The notes beneath the pieces were generated by a model that was not told where the DNA came from, ran no database searches, and saw only the letters and a list, made by a program, of their open reading frames with translations. From the NCBI GenBank assembly GCA_963768655.1, contig CAVYIM010000001.1, positions 1-16,355 of the forward strand: a stretch of DNA of 16,355 nucleotides. Reading direction: 5' to 3'. This stretch comes from an uncultured Chloroflexia bacterium (lineage in GTDB: Bacteria; Chloroflexota; Limnocylindria; Limnocylindrales; CSP1-4). Positions 8,611 to 16,195 of the stretch are shown piece by piece; the stretch's first letter is position 1, and the number at the start of each line of letters is the position of its first letter. Made by a program: the position numbers and the translations under genes.

Positions 8611-9339
8611 CTATTCGCGGGCGACGGTCTCCATGGCGCCGAGCTGCCGTCGCAGTTCCTCCGCCGCCCGCCAGTGGTCGCTCGCGGTTGCCTCCATGCG
8701 CCCGCTCTCGTGCGAGCTCCACTCAGCCAGCCATCGGTTCGCCTCTCGCAGCGTGTGGGCGTCTCTCAGGCGCTCTCGTACGTACTGGATGAAGGCGCAG
8801 TAGAGGGTCCGCGGCGTGGCCTTGGAGACGAGCGCCTCGGCCCCTGGCACGAAGTCGATCGGGACCTTGATCCGGGCGAAGAACGCGCCCACCTCGGCTG
8901 CCAGCGGGTCCGTGGCCTGGCTGTGGCCGCTCCAGCGCAGGATCGGCGCGTGGGAGCTGAAGTCGACCAGGACCGTGGTGTCGTCGGTCATCTGGGCTCG
9001 CATCGTGCCGCCGAAGCTCAGAAACTCGTTCTTGACGGTCAGCCGATCCGTGAGCGTGATACGGCCCCAGGCGAAGTCGGAGACGATCGGGAAGCGCGTC
9101 TCACGGTCGAGGTGAGCCGCGCGGCCGCGCGGTCCTTCGGTGATCCAGTAGTCCATCGACTCGGGGTCGAAATGGTGGAGCGTCGGCTTCGGCCGCAACG
9201 CGGTCAGCAGGTGGCTGGTCTCGTCGCCTCGAGATCGATCGGGTTCGACCAGTTCGAAGCCAAGGTTGGCGAGCATGCGGCCGACTCCTTCGAGCCAGCG
9301 GCTGTCGTCGGGAAGAGCGGTGTGCGGATCGTTCGACAT
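8611..9339 (-). CDS. Hypothetical soluble protein (~242 aa)
   Basis: Globular-looking composition and GC-rich third codon positions. Start is ATG 9339 (AAGGTG upstream) or GTG 9378. No family recognised. Confidence 0.75.
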   Translation of the reverse strand: MSNDPHTALPDDSRWLEGVGRMLANLGFELVEPDRSRGDETSHLLTALRPKPTLHHFDPESMDYWITEGPRGRAAHLDRETRFPIVSDFAWGRITLTDRLTVKNEFLSFGGTMRAQMTDDTTVLVDFSSHAPILRWSGHSQATDPLAAEVGAFFARIKVPIDFVPGAEALVSKATPRTLYCAFIQYVRERLRDAHTLREANRWLAEWSSHESGRMEATASDHWRAAEELRRQLGAMETVARE

Positions 9340-9428
9340 TGCGACTTGCACCTTAGCCTGACTGGCCGTCGCCGTCACGGCCCGATCTTAGCCGCGGCCA
9401 CCGGTGCGGCGTTGCCCGGCGGGCTCGT

Positions 9429-10547
9429 CTATGCGTCGGTGGCGCCGACCGCGTCGCCCGACCTTGCGTTGGTATCTTCGCCCGTGGCCTCGCCCGTCCT
9501 GGGGACGACGATGCCGCCGGCCGAAGCGATCGTAGCGGCCTTGGCGGCCGGGGATGGGCCCGTGGTCTCCCGGGCCATAACCGCTGCCTGGGGCCGTCCC
9601 GACCAGCCGAGATGGGCCAGGGCAGCGACACCGCCGGCCGAGCTGACGAGGAGCGTCAGGACGTGCGTCAGCAGGGCCAGGGCCAGACCGCTGGAGGCCG
9701 GCAGGCCGAAGGCCACGGCGATCGTCTGGCCGGCGTATTCGAAAGTGCCCAGATAGCCCGGGCCCGACGGGATGGCTGTGGCAAGGTTCATGCCGGCGGC
9801 CAGCAGCGCCCCCTCGCCCACGGTCAGCTCGATTCCCAGGGCCTGCCCGACCGCCAGCACGGCCAGGACCGTGCAGCTCCACGCCGCCACGCTCAGGATC
9901 ACCGAAGCGGCGATCGTCCGCGGCAGGGCCGCGACACGCAGGCCGTCCCGCAGTCTCAGGACGATGCCCTTGACCCGCGGCCAGCGGCCCAGGAAGGCGG
10001 CCATCCGGCCGGCCCCGGGGAGACGGTGGGCGGCCAGCGCCACGGCCAGGGCCACCACCAGCAGCCCGGCCAGCGCCACGCCCACGAGGATCGCGCTGAC
10101 GACCACGCCCCGGATGTTGAGGACGAGGATGGCGATGGCCCCGATACCCACCAGCACGATGGTGTCGACGACGCGCTCCACGATCACAGTGCCCAGCGTC
10201 GCGCTGCGGCTGATCCCCTCGCGGTCCCCCAGGTAGTGGCTCCGGACGAGCTCGCCCAGGCGGGCCGGCAGGACGTTGTTGGCGAGGTAGCCGACGAGCA
10301 TGTAGCCGGAGAGGCGGCGCAGCGGCACGGGTCGAATAGGGGCGATCAGCTGCTGCCAGCGGAGCGCCCGGAAGACCAGGTCGGCCGTGACGCCGACCAC
10401 GCCCAGGCAGAGCCAGGAGAGCCGGGCGCCGCCCAGCAGGCTGGCCGTCTTGGCCAGGTCTACGCCGCGCAGGGCCAGGTAGACGCACAAGAGCGAGATG
10501 AGGATGCCGATGCCGCTCCGAGCGATGCCGGTGCTGAGGCGCCTCAC
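9429..10547 (-). CDS. Lysylphosphatidylglycerol-synthase TM / flippase-like (UPF0104) membrane protein
   Basis: RALRWQ, GYLANNVLPARLGELVR, VIVERVVD and IPSGPGYLGTFE motifs. GTG 10547 overlaps the GT2 stop (GTGA). Confidence 0.88.
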   Translation of the reverse strand: MRRLSTGIARSGIGILISLLCVYLALRGVDLAKTASLLGGARLSWLCLGVVGVTADLVFRALRWQQLIAPIRPVPLRRLSGYMLVGYLANNVLPARLGELVRSHYLGDREGISRSATLGTVIVERVVDTIVLVGIGAIAILVLNIRGVVVSAILVGVALAGLLVVALAVALAAHRLPGAGRMAAFLGRWPRVKGIVLRLRDGLRVAALPRTIAASVILSVAAWSCTVLAVLAVGQALGIELTVGEGALLAAGMNLATAIPSGPGYLGTFEYAGQTIAVAFGLPASSGLALALLTHVLTLLVSSAGGVAALAHLGWSGRPQAAVMARETTGPSPAAKAATIASAGGIVVPRTGEATGEDTNARSGDAVGATDA

Positions 10548-11416
10548 CGGGCCGTCGGCTTTCGGCTGGCCAGCTTTCGGGAGGGACGCAACCGCAATCG
10601 ATGAAGCAGGAAGCGCATCACCACCCGCAGGGTGGACAGGCCGTAGACCACGCTGTGTCGGAAGTTGACGGAGCTGGCTTCCTCGAAGTACCGGGTCGGC
10701 ACGGCGATCTCGCCGATGCGCATGCGGCACGCCACGGCCTGGGCGACGAGTTCCTGGTCGAACACGAAGTCGTCGCTGTTGAGCCGGTACGGGATCGTCT
10801 CCAGCAGGTGCCGGCTGTAGGCCCGAAAGCCCGTGTGGTACTCGGAAAGATGGAGGCCGAAGGCCGCGTTCTCGACGCCAGTGAGGAAGCGGTTGCTGAT
10901 GTACTTCCAGCGTGGCATGCCGCCCGCGAGCGGATCACCCAGGAAACGACTGCCCAGCATCAGGTCCTTCGTGCCATCGAGGATCGGCTCCACGAGCTCG
11001 GGAATGCGAGTGGCGTCGTACTGGTAGTCGGGGTGGAGCATGACGACGGCGTCGGCCCCGGCCTCGAGAGCCGCGTCGTAGCAGGTCTTCTGGTTGCCGC
11101 CGTAGCCCAGGTTCTGGCGGTGGATGATCACGTCCAGGCCGAGCTGCTGGGCGACGGCGACGGTATCGTCCCTGGAGACGTCGTCGACGAGGATGATCCT
11201 GTCGATGATCTGATGCGGGATGTCGTGGTAGGTCCGCTCCAGCGTCCTGGCGGCGTTGTAGGCCGGCATGACGACTACGACGTGCCTGGCATTCTTCGTC
11301 TCCGGGCCTGCGACGACGCCAATGAGCCATCCCCCTGTTCCGTGCGCACGAGCGTCAGCAGGTGGCTGGATGGTGTCGTCGATGGCGGACAGTAGTGCGG
11401 GCTCGTCCACCGACAT
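10544..11416 (-). CDS. GT2 glycosyltransferase, polyprenol/dolichol-phosphate mannose synthase (DPM1-like) type, intact copy
   Basis: VVMPAYNAA, ILVDDVSRDDT, NLGYGGNQKT, HPDYQY, GSRF and EYHTGFRAY motifs. Start is ATG 11416 or leaderless GTG 11410. Confidence 0.92.
   Translation of the reverse strand: MSVDEPALLSAIDDTIQPPADARAHGTGGWLIGVVAGPETKNARHVVVVMPAYNAARTLERTYHDIPHQIIDRIILVDDVSRDDTVAVAQQLGLDVIIHRQNLGYGGNQKTCYDAALEAGADAVVMLHPDYQYDATRIPELVEPILDGTKDLMLGSRFLGDPLAGGMPRWKYISNRFLTGVENAAFGLHLSEYHTGFRAYSRHLLETIPYRLNSDDFVFDQELVAQAVACRMRIGEIAVPTRYFEEASSVNFRHSVVYGLSTLRVVMRFLLHRLRLRPSRKLASRKPTAR
10881..11287. repeat. 407-bp direct repeat, copy 1 (GT2 5' half)
   Basis: Identical to 14353-14759 except T10913/C14385 (synonymous Pro codon); offset 3472 bp. 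Confidence 0.95.
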
Positions 11417-11862
11417 AGCCTATCGTAATGGGAGGCGCTGGCGCCATGAGCTCTACCGTTCGGTCAAGGCCCGTTCGAATGATGACCCGTGCGCCCCTCG
11501 ATTGACACATCCAAAGCCAGAAGACGGCCGTAATCGATGGCGGCCGAAGCATTCGGTAGAGAGAGACTTCTGCACCTGCAGCCATGCCATTCGGGCCGAG
11601 TGGATGTGGCTGGTAGTCGTGGTGACATCGGTCCGCCCGTGGCCCCAGCTCGCTCTCGCGATCGGAGTAGCCGTGTGGTTCGTCAAAGGGATGGAGCGCG
11701 ATGAGGACGAGGAAACAGAATCCGACCAGATGGGGCGTGTGCATCTACACCCCCTCGGCGCGATCGCCGAACCTTGGCACCCCGCATAGCAGCCGCGTCC
11801 GCTCGGCCCCGTTCCTCTGCCTTGAATGTCTCGATCCGGGGCAGCCAGATATGATGATTCGC

Positions 11863-12771
11863 CTACTTATCGGGCTGCTCGCTCTCGAGAACTTGACGGT
11901 CTAGCAGCGCCACCAAATCGGAGCGTTCGTCCGTAAACTTCCGAGCGAAGAGCATCGGGCCGGGGCCGTACACGTCGTTGGGCGAGAATTCGGAGTGCGT
12001 CCGCAGGAAGGTTATCTGTCTTTCCGAGATATCCGCCGGGCTCCGTCCCCCGGCGCTCCAATCCGTATAGGTGAGATTCCTGGCTACCCGCGACTTGAAA
12101 TCGGAGTTGCCAAGGATGGTCTGGAAGAACGACTCGTCGGGACAACGGGTGTGTTCGTGGAACCTGACCAGTCTGGCCTCCCGGTTGACGAAATCGAGGA
12201 TGTACTCGCACGCTTCCCGTGAGAGCGCCCACCAGGTGGAGCCGGCGTACGGAGCGAGATCGCCAAAGTCGGCCTTGTAGTCGCGTTCGCGCGGTAGAAC
12301 CCGGGCCATCATCAGCAGCCTCTGCGCGGCTCTGATTGGTCTTGGGGTCGTGGGACGCAGCTTGTAGTTGATGAGCCGGGATATCGGCTTGCCGGCTGTC
12401 TCCGAGGGCATCGACACCAGGTTGATGAACTCCGTTGTCGGGTTGTTCTCAAAGAAGCTCTCTATATAGGCGGCGGACCTGAGTGGGTAGTCGGCGCCGC
12501 TGAGCAGCACGAAGCGGTCGAAGCGACGTTCGTCGGCGAGCGCCGCCTGAATGAGCACTAGGATGGCTTCCACTTGGGAGAAGTCGCCCCAGTGGACCGC
12601 GACTCGCTTGTTGGTGAAGTGGACGTCGCCTGTGATGCCCGTGAAATGGGCCAGCCTGGACTTCTTGTCGACGTGGATGAAAAAGCGAGCCGAGCTCGTA
12701 GACAGCGCCGAAACCAATCGTTGGAGATGCTTTGGAGTGTTGTGGGTCAGGATCAGGTAGGCGATCTTCAA
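11863..12771 (-). CDS. GT14 / core-2-I-branching beta-1,6-N-acetylglucosaminyltransferase-like protein
   Basis: IAYLILTH, FFIHVDKK, VHWGDFSQVEA, LLSGADYP, GSTWWALS, PDESFFQT and LFARKF motifs. TTG start with GGAAGGTG upstream; visibly more AT-rich than the core genes. Confidence 0.9.
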   Translation of the reverse strand: MKIAYLILTHNTPKHLQRLVSALSTSSARFFIHVDKKSRLAHFTGITGDVHFTNKRVAVHWGDFSQVEAILVLIQAALADERRFDRFVLLSGADYPLRSAAYIESFFENNPTTEFINLVSMPSETAGKPISRLINYKLRPTTPRPIRAAQRLLMMARVLPRERDYKADFGDLAPYAGSTWWALSREACEYILDFVNREARLVRFHEHTRCPDESFFQTILGNSDFKSRVARNLTYTDWSAGGRSPADISERQITFLRTHSEFSPNDVYGPGPMLFARKFTDERSDLVALLDRQVLESEQPDK

Positions 12772-12879
12772 GGCACACCTTCCGGCGGGAGTCTTGAACC
12801 GCCCCAGGAATCAAGTGGAGACTCCTGGCTGCCCAAAGCCTCCATCAAAGCTCTATGAAAGGGAGCCGGCGATCAAGCT

Positions 12880-13027
12880 GGGCACCTCGCGACTAGCGAT
12901 GGCCAGATCACTTCAGGGCCCGGCGGACTGGTTGACGGATCGAGCAGCGCTCATCTCTCTATCGCCTTCTCTGTGAAGGACAAGGTTGATCGGAGGCTGC
13001 TCCGGCGGCCCAATTCCAGGAGGGTCG
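12880..13027 (-). ncRNA. Putative bridge/seekRNA in the IS 3' non-coding end
   Basis: Stem (12942-12948/12996-13002), internal loop and inner hairpin (12965-12969/12975-12979), at the position expected for IS1111-group guide RNAs. Boundaries are approximate. Confidence 0.55.
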
Positions 13028-14068
13028 TCAAGCGACCAGTTTGATAGCGGGGCCTGCCGGGGCGAAGGGTTCGTTCTTGACCAGCATGTGCCAGATGGCC
13101 TCGGCCAGCTGGCGGGCTAGGTTGACGCGGGCGACCTTGGAGCCGCGCTGCGGTCCGAGGCGGCGCTTGGTTCGTTCGTAGCGATCGTGAAAGCGGGGAT
13201 CTTGGGCAGCGTGGGTGGCCGCCTCGATGAGCGCCCAACGCAGATACCGCGGCCCGTGCTTGGACAACGGTCCGCGGAAGTCATGTTTGCCGGACTGGCG
13301 CACCAAGGGACAAAGACCGGTGTAGCTGGTGAGCTTCTTCGGGCTGGCGAAGCGGCCGATGTCGCCGATCTCAGAGGCGATCGTGTAAGCGGTCACCCAG
13401 CCGATGCCGGGCACGGTCAAGAGAAGCGGGATGTAGCGGTGGTCGGCGCCGAGCCGCCTCAGTTCGCGCTCAGCCAGATCAATCCGTTCGTCAAGGTCGT
13501 CGACCATGGCCAGGGTTGTTGTCAGAGTCGTTGCCCAGGGCTCCGGCAGATCGAGGCCGGCGAGCAGCTCGTGGCCCGACATTCCGAACAGGTCTGACAC
13601 TGGCACGGTGTGGCCGAAGCTCATGAGGGTGGAGTGGATGCGGTTCTTCAGCGCCGTGCGGTGATGGATGAGGTGCTGGCGAAAGCGGGCCCGCTCGCGC
13701 TCTGCGCGAACGCCTGGCGTCGGCAGCCAGATCTCGGGCACCAAGTCTCGGCGGGCGAGCTCAGCCAGGACGCGCGCGTCGATCTTGTCGGTCTTGGCAG
13801 CCAACGGTGCCAGGCCCTTCGCCCTCACGGGGTCGGCGATGGCGACGTCCCAGCCCCAGCGCTCGAGCTGGTCGTGGACGAAGCGTGCGCCCGTCATGGA
13901 CTCGATCGTCGCGCTGACCTCCTCACCGTGGGACAGGATCCGAGCCGCGAGCGTGCGCAGCGCGTCAGCGTCGGGGTGAACTGCCGTGACCTCGACGGTC
14001 TGACCCTCCTCGTCGAGAACATGCACGTCTACCCTCTGGCGCGACAGGTCCAATCCGACGTACAACAT
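13028..14068 (-). CDS. IS110-family transposase (DEDD RuvC-like recombinase)
   Basis: YVGLDLS (D), TIESMTG (E), KTDKIDA (DD), TVPGIG..TA..IASEIGDIGRF, GLCPLVRQSG (catalytic Ser). Intact 346 aa. Confidence 0.96.
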   Translation of the reverse strand: MLYVGLDLSRQRVDVHVLDEEGQTVEVTAVHPDADALRTLAARILSHGEEVSATIESMTGARFVHDQLERWGWDVAIADPVRAKGLAPLAAKTDKIDARVLAELARRDLVPEIWLPTPGVRAERERARFRQHLIHHRTALKNRIHSTLMSFGHTVPVSDLFGMSGHELLAGLDLPEPWATTLTTTLAMVDDLDERIDLAERELRRLGADHRYIPLLLTVPGIGWVTAYTIASEIGDIGRFASPKKLTSYTGLCPLVRQSGKHDFRGPLSKHGPRYLRWALIEAATHAAQDPRFHDRYERTKRRLGPQRGSKVARVNLARQLAEAIWHMLVKNEPFAPAGPAIKLVA

Positions 14069-14276
14069 GTCTGGAGCCCTCCCGGTGCTGGGTGCAAAGA
14101 CAGCCCAACAATGTCACCGGTGGGGCTCCCTTCATGACATTCCAGGGCGGTTCAGTCCTCATCAACTCGCATCTCTCGAATGTTTGCGTAGACGCGACTT
14201 CGAATACGAGCCACTCAGCAGTTGTTCCGGCGGCGCTCGCGTTCGGAACCACGACGACTGCGGTCCCCGTACGAGG

Positions 14277-14834
14277 CTATCTCGGACATCGATCAGCAGA
14301 TGTCAGAGGAGTAGATGCGCATGGAGAGGACGCGTCGCGGCCCATGAGGCTCGTGAGGAAGCGGTTGCTGATGTACTTCCAGCGCGGCATGCCGCCCGCG
14401 AGCGGATCACCCAGGAAACGACTGCCCAGCATCAGGTCCTTCGTGCCATCGAGGATCGGCTCCACGAGCTCGGGAATGCGAGTGGCGTCGTACTGGTAGT
14501 CGGGGTGGAGCATGACGACGGCGTCGGCCCCGGCCTCGAGAGCCGCGTCGTAGCAGGTCTTCTGGTTGCCGCCGTAGCCCAGGTTCTGGCGGTGGATGAT
14601 CACGTCCAGGCCGAGCTGCTGGGCGACGGCGACGGTATCGTCCCTGGAGACGTCGTCGACGAGGATGATCCTGTCGATGATCTGATGCGGGATGTCGTGG
14701 TAGGTCCGCTCCAGCGTCCTGGCGGCGTTGTAGGCCGGCATGACGACTACGACGTGCCTCCGGGCGGGCTCCGTCGACGTCTCGGCAGTTTCAGGGCTCT
14801 GGTCGTTGGCCGGCTGCGGCTTCTTGTCTGGCAC
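14277..14834 (-). pseudogene. 3'-truncated GT2 glycosyltransferase copy
   Basis: Different N-terminus, then about 135 codons identical in protein to the intact GT2, breaking after NRFLT into an unrelated tail. Lacks EYHTGFRAY and the C-terminus. Confidence 0.88.
14353..14759. repeat. 407-bp direct repeat, copy 2
   Basis: Base-by-base match to 10881-11287 with one mismatch. Confidence 0.95.
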
Positions 14835-14967
14835 CGCGCTAGCCTACCGTAAACGACCGGTTCGCCGGCATGGAACCTCAACCCCGGAGCGGGAGAAGGC
14901 CGCGAAGCGCGATGCAAGGATCGTCCGGTTTCGAGGCGGCAATTGCGCCCCGGCGAGTGGGGTCACC

Positions 14968-16163
14968 GTGAGGGCCCCGGCGTGGGTCCGCGGCCGCGCG
15001 GGCAAGCTCCGCGACAACCCGGGCGCGATCGCCTGGATTCTCGTAGTGGCCTTCCTCTACGGCATCGCCACCTTCGTTCGAAGCCGGGCCTCCGGCTGGG
15101 GCCCGGACCCGATGATGATCCTGGCCACCGACCTGTGGTCGGGCCACTCGAACCTCAGCTCGCTGACGACCATCAACGACATCGTCACCATCGACGGCCG
15201 CAACTACCAGGCCATGAGCCTGCTGCCTACGGTCCCGTACCTGGTCTTCGTGCCCTTCCAGGTCCTTTGGCCCTTCTCGCGCTGGATCGTTTCGGCCGTC
15301 GTCGGGACCGCGGCCGGCTGCCTCGCGCTGCCGCTGGCGCGCCGGTACGGGCCCGGCGGAGCGGCCAGTTACTGGCTGGCCGCGTTCGGGGCGTTCGGGA
15401 CCCTCCTATTCACCCTGACGATCGAAGGCGACTTCTACTACCTCGCCCATCTCGAATCGGTGCTTCTCTGCTTCCTGGCCCTGATCGAGTGGCACGACCG
15501 GCGCCGGCCCTCAGTCGTGGGGCTGCTCATCGGCCTGGCGGCGCTGGCCCGGCCCACCTTTCTGGTCGCGGCCGTGCCGTTCGGGCTGGCCCTCCTGGCT
15601 GAGGCGAAGGATCGGATCAAGGTCTCGGCGGCCTTCGGCCTGCCGATCCTGGGCGCGCTGGCGGTCACCGGGTGGTGGAACTGGGTCCGGTTCGGCTCAC
15701 CGCTCGAGACGGGCTACGACATCGCCTGGATCGAGCCCGCGCTTCAGCGGCTGCGCAGCCAGGGCCTCTTCTCGACAACCCACATACCGGCCAACCTGGC
15801 GCTCTTCATCGGCGGCGGCTACACGTTCCGAGAGGCCTTCCCGTGGCTCGTGCCGAGCAACCAGGGCCAGTCGATCTTGCTCACGATGCCCGCCCTCCTC
15901 ATCGCCGTCGGCGCGAGCTTTCGCGACAGGGTCAACCAGGTTCTTTGGGGGGCCGTCTTCGTCACGGCCATTCCGGTCTTCATGTACTACGGCGGCGGAG
16001 GGGCCTCCACGTATGGCTATCGGTCAGGTTGGATCTCGTGCCGTTTTTGCTGGCCCTGGTGGCGGTGGCGCTCAAGAGCCATTTCGGCAGCCTCGAACGG
16101 GTGCTCATCGGGTTGAGCGTCTTCTTCGTCTGCTACGGCTTCGTCTGGCAGGTCTTCAAGTAG
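14968..16163 (+). pseudogene. Polytopic membrane protein, GT-C-like glycosyltransferase, frameshifted near 16025 (pseudogene or sequencing error)
   Basis: Many TM helices, GLAALARP, WNWVRFGSPLETGY and YGYR. The hydrophobic C-terminus (LDLVPFLLALVAV...WQVFK*) continues in another frame. Start codon and GT-C assignment are tentative. Confidence 0.6.
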
Positions 16164-16195
16164 GATCGCCGGTCGGGCGGCCGATCCCTTCGTTC
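16163..16195 (+). terminator. Possible terminator hairpin
   Basis: GGATCG-CCG...CGG-C-CGATCC stem immediately at the stop codon, followed by CTTCGTT (weak U tract). Confidence 0.35.

Larger units (their letters stand above)
12852..14142 (-). mobile_element. IS110-family insertion sequence, IS1111 group (~1291 bp)
   Basis: Sub-terminal IRs ATGAAAGGGAGCC (12855-12867) and GGCTCCCTTCAT (14124-14135), 3 and 7 nt from the ends. Short 5' and long 3' non-coding region; no target duplication. Ends are uncertain by 1-2 nt. Confidence 0.85.
12795..14154. mobile_element. IS3-family-derived miniature element (~69 bp without the insert), interrupted by IS110
   Basis: Left end TGAACCGCCCCAGGAATCAAGTGGAGAC (12795-12822). 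Right end split as GCCTCCATCAAAGC (12838-12851) plus CAGGGCGGTTCA (14143-14154). TG...CA termini resemble IS6110-type IRs; flanks gtct/gtcc. Confidence 0.7.

Noticed and set aside
11604-11789. Small + strand ORF (61 aa, hydrophobic N-half, acidic tail) inside the cassette
   Set aside because: Weak SD, no recognisable family and atypical codon usage; may be a real small membrane protein or a remnant but cannot be supported.
10881-14759. 407-bp repeat as a DGR template/variable repeat pair or an IS target-site duplication
   Set aside because: No reverse transcriptase, only one synonymous difference, far too long for a target duplication and not adjacent to the IS ends.
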